DNA of 64,000 bases, from assembly GCA_964016885.1 (NCBI GenBank), contig OZ024743.1, forward strand, positions 91,512,001 to 91,576,000, written 5' to 3'. The number at the start of each line of letters is the position of its first letter. The first letter of the stretch is position 1. This DNA comes from Eledone cirrhosa (Eukaryota). Under the pieces are notes generated by a model that was not told the origin of the DNA, did not search any database, and was given only the letters and a program-made list of their open reading frames with translations. This document shows, in pieces, positions 52,591-64,000 of the stretch. The position numbers and the translations under genes were made by a program.

Positions 52591-53328
52591 AGTACCACTG
52601 ATGATGTTGCAGATGTGCAACGAAAGAACTTTGATAGACTATATATATGTATTTATATCTGTATTTTTTTACCGTTGGTCAATCAATGATAAACATTCAT
52701 TGCCGAATGAATTAACTGTGGAGACATAAAAGATACAGAAGCGAAAAAAAACAATCAAACAGTGAGTGTGTTCTGTTATTATTTCTGGCAATATTATTAC
52801 AACACCAGGGCGGTGGATTGGCAGTATCGGTAGAGGGTCGGACGCCATGCTTTGACGCATAGAGTTACGGCCCTTTCCATTCTGAGTTCAAATCCCGCCG
52901 AGGTTAACTTTGCCTTTCATCCTTACGGGGTCGATAAAATGAAGTACCAGTCATGTACTGGGTAATTGCTGGCCTTGTGCCAAAAGTAGAAACAATTATT
53001 ACAACAATATGACCCTCCCCAACTATACTAATATCTGTTTTTACACACGATTTCATATCAAAAACCTCGCAAAACAAATTCAACGCCGTCATTTATATTT
53101 ATTTATATATATATGGCGTTTTAACATATTGTTTAGTTCTAGTTTTCTTAACTATTGAGCGCTTGCCAGCATTTCTACGATTTTGCGTTTCGCTTTTTTC
53201 TACTGACAAATTGTTCACAGTGAAAAATAGTTTAATTAGGGATAAGTGAAAATTAGTAATAGTATTGGTTAGTATTCAGTTTTGGTTTTAAGTTTTACCG
53301 GTTGCGCATTTCTAATGCTTTTCAAAAA

Positions 53329-53406
53329 TAATTTTGAGATAGAGCGCCCGTGATGTTTGCTCTAACAGATTAGAGCAAACATCACGGGCGCTCTATCTCA
53401 AAATTA
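53329..53406. repeat. Perfect 37-bp-arm palindrome
   Basis: aattttgagatagagcgcccgtgatgtttgctctaa-caga-ttagagcaaacatcacgggcgctctatctcaaaatt. Confidence 0.9.
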
Positions 53407-54035
53407 AAACCATATATAATTTCATTATATAGGTGACCATGTCTTGTTCTTACAGGAGCTGATTTGGGCTTGATTTCTACAGCTGGATGCCCTTCCTAAC
53501 ATCAACCTCATTTACAGTGAGTATTGGGTACTTTTTTACTGTGGCGCCTACACAACCACTTTACAGTGTGGACTGAGTGCTTTTTTGTCGTGACACTTAC
53601 ACAACCACTTTACAGTGGGAGGGGGTTGGGGGAATACTGTCTATATGCTTCAGCTTTGGCTTGTACCCATAGGAAGTTGGGTCTTCTGTATTACTGCGTA
53701 ATGCCAGAAGTGTTGGTCCTGTGTTATCGTCTTTGAGAGATGCAATTGTGCAAGGTCAGATATACATATATATATATATATATAAATAAGTAACCCAGAT
53801 TCAATACATTAATACATTATTTGATTGATTTACATATATTTCATTCAACTACCAGTAAAGGAACAAAAACAATCATCATCATCACCATCGTTTAACGTCC
53901 ATGGTCCACGCTAGCATGGGTTAAACGGGATTGTCCCATTTGAGGCGAGATTGGTCGGGTGACCATGTATCGCTTGTATAGAACTATAACTGGCGGGTTT
54001 TATACGGCTGGATGCCCTTCCTAACACCAGCCATA

Positions 54036-57000
54036 TTTACAGTGTGGACTGAGAGCCTATTTACCATGTCTCCTACACGACCACTTTACAGCGTGGACTG
54101 GGTGCTTTTTGTCATGACACCTATACAACCACTTTACAGCGTGGACTGGGTGCTTTATGTCATAACACCTATACAACCAATTTACAGTGTGGACTGGGTG
54201 CTTTTTGTCATGACACCTATACAACCAATTTACAGCGTGGACTGGGTGCTTTTTGTCATGACACCTATACAACCACTTTACAATGTGGACTGGGTGCTTT
54301 TTGTCATGACACCTATACAACCACTTTACAGCGTGGACTGGGTGCTTTTTGTCATGACACCTATACAACCACTTTACAGTGTGGACTGGGTGCTTTTTGT
54401 CATAACACCTATACAACCACTTTACAGCGTGGACTGGGTGCTTTTTGTCATGACACCTATACAACCACTTTACAGCGTGGACTGGGTGCTTTTTGTCATA
54501 ACACCTATACAACCACTTTACAGTGTGGACTGGGTGCTTTTTGTCATGACACCTATACAACCACTTTACAGTGTGGACTGGGTGCTTTTTGTCATGATAC
54601 CTATACAACCACTTTACAGCGTGGACTGGGTGCTTTTTGTCATGACACCTATACAACCACTTTACAGTGTGGACTGGGTGCTTTTTGTCATAACACCTAT
54701 ACAACCACTTTACAGCGTGGACTGGGTGCTTTTTGTCATGACACCTATACAACCACTTTACAGCGTGGACTGGGTGCTTTTTGTCATGACACCTATACAA
54801 CCACTTTACAGCGTGGACTGGGTGCTTTTTGTCATAACACCTATACAACCAATTTACAGTGTGGACTGGGTGCTTTTTGTCATGACACCTATACAACCAC
54901 TTTACAGTGTGGACTGGGTGCTTTTTGTCATGACACCTATACAACCACTTTACAGTGTGGACTGGGTGCTTTTTGTCATGACACCTATACAACCAATTTA
55001 CAGTGTGGACTGGGTGCTTTTTGTCATGACACCTATACAACCAATTTACAGCGTGGACTGGGTGCTTTTTGTCATAACACCTACACAACCAATTTACAGT
55101 GTGGACTGGGTGCTTTTTGTCATAACACCTATACAACCAATTTACAGTGTGGACTGGGTGCTTTTTGTCATAACACCTATACAACCACTTTACAGCGTGG
55201 ACTGGGTGCTTTTTGTCATAACACCTATACAACCAATTTACAGTGTGGACTGGGTGCTTTTTGTCATAACACCTATACAACCAATTTACAGTGTGGACTG
55301 GGTGCTTTTTGTCATAACACCTATACAACCAATTTACAGTGTGGACTGGGTGCTTTTTGTCATAACACCTATACAACCAATTTACAGTGTGGACTGGGTG
55401 CTTTTTGTCATAACACCTATACAACCACTTTACAGCGTGGACTGGGTGCTTTTTGTCATAACACCTATACAACCACTTTACAGTGTGGACTGGGTGCTTT
55501 TTGTCATGACACCTATACAACCACTTTACAGCGTGGACTGGGTGCTTTTTGTCATAACACCTACACAACCAATTTACAGTGTGGACTGGGTGCTTTTTGT
55601 CATAACACCTATACAACCAATTTACAGTGTGGACTGGGTGCTTTTTGTCATAACACCTATACAACCAATTTACAGTGTGGACTGGGTGCTTTTTGTCATA
55701 ACACCTATACAACCAATTTACAGTGTGGACTGGGTGCTTTTTGTCATAACACCTATACAACCAATTTACAGTGTGGACTGGGTGCTTTTCGTCATGACTC
55801 CTATACAACCACTTTACAGTGTGGACTGGGTGCTTTTTGTCATGACACCTAGACAACCACTTTACAGTGTGGACTGGGTGCTTTTTGTCATGACACCTAT
55901 ACAACCACTTTACAGCGTGGACTGGGTGCTTTTTGTCATGACACCTATACAACCACTTTACAGTGTGGACTGGGTGCTTTTTGTCATAACACCTATACAA
56001 CCACTTTACAGTGTGGACTGGGTGTTTTTTGTCATAACACCTATACAACCACTTTACAGTGTGGATTGGGTGCTTTTTGTCATAACACCTATACAACCAC
56101 TTTACAGCGCGGACTGGGTGCTTTTTGTCATGACACCTAGACAACCACTTTACAGTGTGGACTGGGTGCTTTTTGTCATAACACCTATACAACCACTTTA
56201 CAGCGTGGACTGGGTGCTTTTTGTCATAACACCTATACAACCAATTTACAGTGTGGACTGGGTGCTTTTTGTCATGACACCTATACAACCACTTTACAGT
56301 GTGGACTGGGTGCTTTTTGTCATGACACCTATACAACCAATTTACAGTGTGGACTGGGTGCTTTTTGTCATGACACCTATACAACCAATTTACAGCGTGG
56401 ACTGGGTGCTTTTTGTCATAACACCTACACAACCAATTTACAGTGTGGACTGGGTGCTTTTTGTCATAACACCTATACAACCAATTTACAGTGTGGACTG
56501 GGTGCTTTTTGTCATAACACCTATACAACCACTTTACAGCGTGGACTGGGTGCTTTTTGTCATAACACCTATACAACCAATTTACAGTGTGGACTGGGTG
56601 CTTTTTGTCATAACACCTATACAACCAATTTACAGTGTGGACTGGGTGCTTTTTGTCATAACACCTATACAACCAATTTACAGTGTGGACTGGGTGCTTT
56701 TTGTCATAACACCTATACAACCAATTTACAGTGTGGACTGGGTGCTTTTTGTCATAACACCTATACAACCACTTTACAGCGTGGACTGGGTGCTTTTTGT
56801 CATAACACCTATACAACCACTTTACAGTGTGGACTGGGTGCTTTTTGTCATGACACCTATACAACCACTTTACAGCGTGGACTGGGTGCTTTTTGTCATA
56901 ACACCTACACAACCAATTTACAGTGTGGACTGGGTGCTTTTTGTCATAACACCTATACAACCAATTTACAGTGTGGACTGGGTGCCTTTTGTCATAACAC

Positions 57001-60000
57001 CTATACAACCAATTTACAGTGTGGACTGGGTGCTTTTTGTCATAACACCTATACAACCAATTTACAGTGTGGACTGGGTGCTTTTTGTCATAACACCTAT
57101 ACAACCAATTTACAGTGTGGACTGGGTGCTTTTTGTCATGACACATATACAACCACTTTACAGTGTGGACTGGGTGCTTTTTGTCATGACACCTAGACAA
57201 CCACTTTACAGTGTGGACTGGGTGCTTTTTGTCATGACACCTATACAACCGCTTTACAGCGTGGACTGGGTGCTTTTTGTCATGACACCTATACAACCAC
57301 TTTACAGTGTGGACTGGGTGCTTTTTGTCATAACACCTATACAACCACTTTACAGTGTGGACTGGGTGTTTTTTGTCATAACACCTATACAACCACTTTA
57401 CAGTGTGGATTGGGTGCTTTTTGTCATAACACCTATACAACCACTTTACAGCGCGGACTGGGTGCTTTTTGTCATGACACCTAGACAACCACTTTACAGT
57501 GTGGACTGGGTGCTTTTTGTCATGACACCTATACAACCACTTTACAGCGTGGACTGGGTGCTTTTTGTCATGACACCTATACAACCACTTTACAGTGTGG
57601 ACTGGGTGCTTTTTGTCATAACACCTATACAACCACTTTACAGCGTGGACTGGGTGCTTTTTGTCATGACACCTATACAACCACTTTACAGTGTGGACTG
57701 GGTGCTTTTTGTCATGACACCTAGACAACCACTTTACAGTGTGGACTGGGTGCTTTTTGTCATGACACCTATACAACCACTTTACAGTGTGGACTGGGTG
57801 CTTTTTGTCATAACACCTATACAACCAATTTACAGTGTGGACTGGGTGCTTTTTGTCATGACACCTATACAACCACTTTACAGTGTGGACTGGGTGCTTT
57901 TTGTCATGACACCTATACAACCAATTTACAGTGTGGACTGGGTGCTTTTTGTCATGACACCTATACAACCACTTTACAGTGTGGACTGGGTGCTTTTTGT
58001 CATGACACCTATACAACCACTTTACAGTGTGGACTGGGTGCTTTTTGTCATAACACCTATACAACCAATTTACAGTGTGGACTGGGTGCTTTTTGTCATG
58101 ACACCTATACAACCACTTTACAGTGTGGACTGGGTGCTTTTTGTCATGACACCTATACAACCACTTTACAGTGTGGACTGGGTGCTTTTTGTCATAACAC
58201 CTATACAACCAATTTACAGTGTGGACTGGGTGCTTTTTGTCATGACACCTATACAACCACTTTACAGCGTAGACTGGGTGCTTTTTGTCATGACACCTAT
58301 ACAACCACTTTACAGCGTGGACTGGGTGCTTTTTGTCATGACACCTATACAACCACTTTACAGCGTGGACTGGGTGCTTTTTGTCATGACACCTATACAA
58401 CCACTTTACAGCGTAGACTGGGTGCTTTTTGTCATGACACCTATACAACCAATTTACAGTGTGGACTGGGTGCTTTTTGTCATGACACCTATACAACCAC
58501 TTTACAGCGTGGACTGGGTGCTTTTTGTCATGACACCTATACAACCACTTTACAGTGTGGACTGGGTGCTTTTTGTCATAACACCTATACAACCACTTTA
58601 CAGCGTGGACTGGGTGCTTTTTGTCATGACACCTATACAACCACTTTACAGCGTGGACTGGGTGCTTTTTGTCATGACACCTATACAACCACTTTACAGC
58701 GTGGACTGGGTGCTTTTTGTCATAACACCTATACAACCAATTTACAGTGTGGACTGGGTGCTTTTTGTCATGACACCTATACAACCACTTTACAGTGTGG
58801 ACTGGGTGCTTTTTGTCATGACACCTATACAACCACTTTACAGTGTGGACTGGGTGCTTTTTGTCATGACACCTATACAACCAATTTACAGTGTGGACTG
58901 GGTGCTTTTTGTCATGACACCTATACAACCAATTTACAGCGTGGAATGGGTGCTTTTTGTCATAACACCTACACAACCAATTTACAGTGTGGACTGGGTG
59001 CTTTTTGTCATAACACCTATACAACCAATTTACAGTGTGGACTGGGTGCTTTTTGTCATAACACCTATACAACCAATTTACAGTGTGGACTGGGTGCTTT
59101 TTGTCATAACACCTATACAACCAATTTACAGTGTGGACTGGGTGCTTTTTGTCATAACACCTATACAACCACTTTACAGCGTGGACTGGGTGCTTTTTGT
59201 CATAACACCTATACAACCACTTTACAGCGTGGACTGGGTGCTTTTTGTCATAACACCTACACAACCAATTTACAGTGTGGACTGGGTGCTTTTTGTCATA
59301 ACACCTATACAACCAATTTACAGTGTGGACTGGGTGCTTTTTGTCATAACACCTATACAACCAATTTACAGTGTGGACTGGGTGCTTTTTGTCATAACAC
59401 CTATACAACCAATTTACAGTGTGGACTGGGTGCTTTTTGTCATAACACCTATACAACCAATTTACAGTGTGGACTGGGTGCTTTTTGTCATGACACCTAT
59501 ACAACCACTTTACAGTGTGGACTGGGTGCTTTTTGTCATGACACCTAGACAACCACTTTACAGTGTGGACTGGGTGCTTTTTGTCATGACACCTATACAA
59601 CCACTTTACAGCGTGGACTGGGTGCTTTTTGTCATGACACCTATACAACCACTTTACAGTGTGGACTGGGTGCTTTTTGTCATAACACCTATACAACCAC
59701 TTTACAGTGTGGACTGGGTGTTTTTTGTCATAACACCTATACAACCACTTTACAATGTGGATTGGGTGCTTTTTGTCATAACACCTATACAACCACTTTA
59801 CAGCGTGGACTGGGTGCTTTTTGTCATGACACCTATACAACCACTTTACAGTGTGGACTGGGTGCTTTTTGTCATAACACCTATACAACCACTTTACAGT
59901 GTGGACTGGGTGTTTTTTGTCATAACACCTATACAACCACTTTACAATGTGGACTGGGTGCTTTTTGTCATAACACCTATACAACCACTTTACAGCGCGG

Positions 60001-63000
60001 ACTGGGTGCTTTTTGTCATGACACCTATACAACCACTTTACAGTGTGGACTGGGTGCTTTTTGTCATGACACCTATACAACCACTTTACAGCGTGGACTG
60101 GGTGCTTTTTGTCATGACACCTATATAACCACTTTACAGTGTGGACTGGGTGCTTTTTGTCATAACACCTATACAACCACTTTACAGCGTGGACTGGGTG
60201 CTTTTTGTCATGACACCTATACAACCACTTTACAGTGTGGACTGGGTGCTTTTTGTCATGACACCTATACAACCAATTTACAGCGTGGACTGGGTGCTTT
60301 TTGTCATAACACCTACACAACCAATTTACAGTGTGGACTGGGTGCTTTTTGTCATAACACCTATACAACCAATTTACAGTGTGGACTGGGTGCTTTTTGT
60401 CATAACACCTATACAACCACTTTACAGCGTGGACTGGGTGCTTTTTGTCATAACACCTATACAACCAATTTACAGTGTGGACTGGGTGCTTTTTGTCATA
60501 ACACCTAAACAACCAATTTACAGTGTGGACTGGGTGCTTTTTGTCATAACACCTATACAACCAATTTACAGTGTGGACTGGGTGCTTTTTGTCATAACAC
60601 CTATACAACCAATTTACAGTGTGGACTGGGTGCTTTTTGTCATAACACCTATACAACCACTTTACAGCGTGGACTGGGTGCTTTTTGTCATAACACCTAT
60701 ACAACCACTTTACAGTGTGGACTGGGTGCTTTTTGTCATGACACCTATACAACCACTTTACAGCGTGGACTGGGTGCTTTTTGTCATAACACCTACACAA
60801 CCAATTTACAGTGTGGACTGGGTGCTTTTTGTCATAACACCTATACAACCAATTTACAGTGTGGACTGGGTGCTTTTTGTCATAACACCTATACAACCAA
60901 TTTACAGTGTGGACTGGGTGCTTTTTGTCATAACACCTATACAACCAATTTACAGTGTGGACTGGGTGCTTTTTGTCATAACACCTATACAACCAATTTA
61001 CAGTGTGGACTGGGTGCTTTTTGTCATGACACCTATACAACCACTTTACAGTGTGGACTGGGTGCTTTTTGTCATGACACCTAGACAACCACTTTACAGT
61101 GTGGACTGGGTGCTTTTTGTCATGACACCTATACAACCACTTTACAGCGTGGACTGGGTGCTTTTTGTCATGACACCTATACAACCACTTTACAGTGTGG
61201 ACTGGGTGCTTTTTGTCATAACACCTATACAACCACTTTACAGTGTGGACTGGGTGTTTTTTGTCATAACACCTATACAACCACTTTACAGTGTGGATTG
61301 GGTGCTTTTTGTCATAACACCTATACAACCACTTTACAGCGCGGACTGGGTGCTTTTTGTCATGACACCTAGACAACCACTTTACAGTGTTGACTGGGTG
61401 CTTTTTGTCATGACACCTATACAACCACTTTACAGCGTGGACTGGGTGCTTTTTGTCATGACACCTATACAACCACTTTACAGTGTGGACTGGGTGCTTT
61501 TTGTCATAACACCTATACAACCACTTTACAGCGTGGACTGGGTGCTTTTTGTCATGACACCTATACAACCACTTTACAGTGTGGACTGGGTGCTTTTTGT
61601 CATGACACCTAGACAACCACTTTACAGTGTGGACTGGGTGCTTTTTGTCATGACACCTATACAACCACTTTACAGTGTGGACTGGGTGCTTTTTGTCATA
61701 ACACCTATACAACCAATTTACAGTGTGGACTGGGTGCTTTTTGTCATGACACCTATACAACCACTTTACAGTGTGGACTGGGTGCTTTTTGTCATGACAC
61801 CTATACAACCAATTTACAGTGTGGACTGGGTGCTTTTTGTCATGACACCTATACAACCACTTTACAGTGTGGACTGGGTGCTTTTTGTCATGACACCTAT
61901 ACAACCACTTTACAGTGTGGACTGGGTGCTTTTTGTCATAACACCTATACAACCAATTTACAGTGTGGACTGGGTGCTTTTTGTCATGACACCTATACAA
62001 CCACTTTACAGTGTGGACTGGGTGCTTTTTGTCATGACACATATACAACCACTTTACAGTGTGGACTGGGTGCTTTTTGTCATAACACCTATACAACCAA
62101 TTTACAGTGTGGACTGGGTGCTTTTTGTCATGACACCTATACAACCACTTTACAGCGTAGACTGGGTGCTTTTTGTCATGACACCTATACAACCACTTTA
62201 CAGCGTGGACTGGGTGCTTTTTGTCATGACACCTATACAACCACTTTACAGCGTGGACTGGGTGCTTTTTGTCATGACACCTATACAACCACTTTACAGC
62301 GTAGACTGGGTGCTTTTTGTCATGACACCTATACAACCAATTTACAGTGTGGACTGGGTGCTTTTTGTCATAACACCTATACAACCAATTTACAGTGTGG
62401 TCTGGGTGCTTTTTGTCATGACACCTATACAACCAATTTACAGTGTGGACTGGGTGCTTTTTGTCATGACACCTATACAACCACTTTACAGCGTGGACTG
62501 GGTGCTTTTTGTCATGACACCTATACAACCACTTTACAGTGTGGCCTGGGTGCTTTTTGTCATGACACCTATACAACCACTTTACAGCGTGGACTGGGTG
62601 CTTTTTGTCATGACACCTATACAACCACTTTACAGTGTGGCCTGGGTGCTTTTTGTCATGACACCTATACAACCACTTTACAGTGTGGACTGGGTGCTTT
62701 TTGTCATGACACCTATACAACCACTTTACAGCGTGGACTGTGTGCTTTTTGTCATGACACCTATACAACCACTTTACAGTGTGGACTGGGTGCTTTTTGT
62801 CATGACACCTATACAACCACTTTACAGCGTGGACTGGGTGCTTTTTGTCATGACACCTATACAACCACTTTACAGTGTGGGCTGGGTGCTTTTTGTCATG
62901 ACACCTATACAACCACTTTACAGTGTGGACTGGGTGCTTTTTGTCATGACACCTATACAACCACTTTACAGTGTGGCCTGGGTGCTTTTTGTCATGACAC

Positions 63001-63510
63001 CTATACAACCACTTTACAGTGTGGACTGGGTGCTTTTTGTCATGACACCTATACAACCACTTTACAGCGTGGACTGGGTGCTTTTTGTCATGACACCTAT
63101 ACAACCACTTTACAGTGTGGACTGGGTGCTTTTTGTCATGACACCTATACAACCACTTTACAGCGTGGACTGGGTGCTTTTTGTCATGACACCTATACAA
63201 CCACTTTACAGCGTGGACTGGGTGCTTTTTGTCATAACACCTATACAACCACTTTACAGCGTGGACTGGGTGCTTTTTGTCATGACACCTATACAACCAC
63301 TTTACAGTGTGGACTGGGTGCTTTTTGTCATGACACCTATACAACCACTTTACAGTGTGGACTGGGTGCTTTTTGTCATGGCACCTATACAACCACTTTA
63401 CCGTGTGGGCTGGATGCTTTTTGTCATGACACCTATACAACCACTTTACAGTGTGGGCTGGGTGCTTTTTGTCATGACACCTATACAACCACTTTACAGT
63501 GTGGACTGGA
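54036..63510. repeat. 48-bp minisatellite/satellite, ~197 units, expanded inside an RTE-3'-derived element (tail at 53872-54035)
   Basis: Unit tttacagYgtggactgggtgctttttgtcatRacacctatacaaccaM; 54085 to 63493 = 9408 = 196 x 48 exactly. Confidence 0.97.
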
Positions 63511-64000
63511 TAGTAAATTCTTGCCACTGTCGTTCAGGCTCATATTTTAATGAGGTTGATAACAACATTGTGATAGTTTCAAATTGTCTGCTTTTCATAT
63601 TTCTAGTCTTGATGTAGAAGCAAAAGAGTCTTCACGTTTCAGACACTAGTCCTTCACCAGAAGATAGAATGAGAAATAAAAGATGAAATAGAGACAGAGA
63701 GTGAGAAGATGCAGGAATGGAAAACACAGTTTTTGTGCAAAAGCATGTATGTATTTAATCACCCATTTAGACATGGAAATCAACTGAATATATAAAATCC
63801 TGATTTGTTGGTATCAGAAAGTAATATATTATGAATTTTTGTCAGTTGACCTCAAAATTGTCATTCACTTCTTAGACATATGAGTGTCAACATTGGAATC
63901 CTCATCCACCTCCTCTTCCTCCTCATCATCATCATCATCACTACCACCACCGTCATCATCATCATCACCATCACACCACCATCATCATCATCATCAGAAA

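Noticed and set aside
52684-52726. Possible ~43-nt minus-strand exon with a good polypyrimidine acceptor
   Set aside because: No recognisable SLC22 or other protein motif; splice-like signals alone are insufficient.
54036-63510. CRISPR-like array
   Set aside because: Units are contiguous with no unique spacers, there are no cas genes, and the context is eukaryotic.
54012-63617. Giant ORFs (2038, 3156 and 1158 aa) on both strands
   Set aside because: They follow from a stop-free 48-bp (16-codon) unit. The unit derives from a LINE 3' UTR, variants are non-synonymous in every frame, and there is no evidence of coding selection.

Overview
Repeat-dominated eukaryotic DNA, very probably from an octopus or other coleoid cephalopod. 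The assignment is an inference from cephalopod-type C2H2-ZNF and protocadherin relics, Nin/Deu- and CORE-type SINEs and long (TA)n/(CA)n tracts. No complete host gene is present: only one probable intact exon of an SLC22/MFS transporter (45017-45188, minus) and pseudogene fragments of a C2H2 zinc-finger gene and a protocadherin. The rest is transposable elements: a degenerate Penelope-like element (RT + GIY-YIG), CR1-type, RTE, R4/Dong-like RLE and Tx1/L1 LINEs, Helitron-like elements, SINEs, and a 9.4-kb 48-bp satellite grown inside an RTE-derived 3' UTR. The main signal that the ORF track does not show is about 20 hammerhead-ribozyme motifs, folded by eye on both strands. They lie in many unrelated short non-coding elements sitting in (TA)n tracts. 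These elements have tandem or inverted terminal repeats, family-specific palindromic stem III sequences and, in two cases, a U3-A8 core covariation. This looks like a diverse population of non-autonomous Penelope-driven retrozyme-like elements. Coordinates were read by eye and may be off by a few bases.
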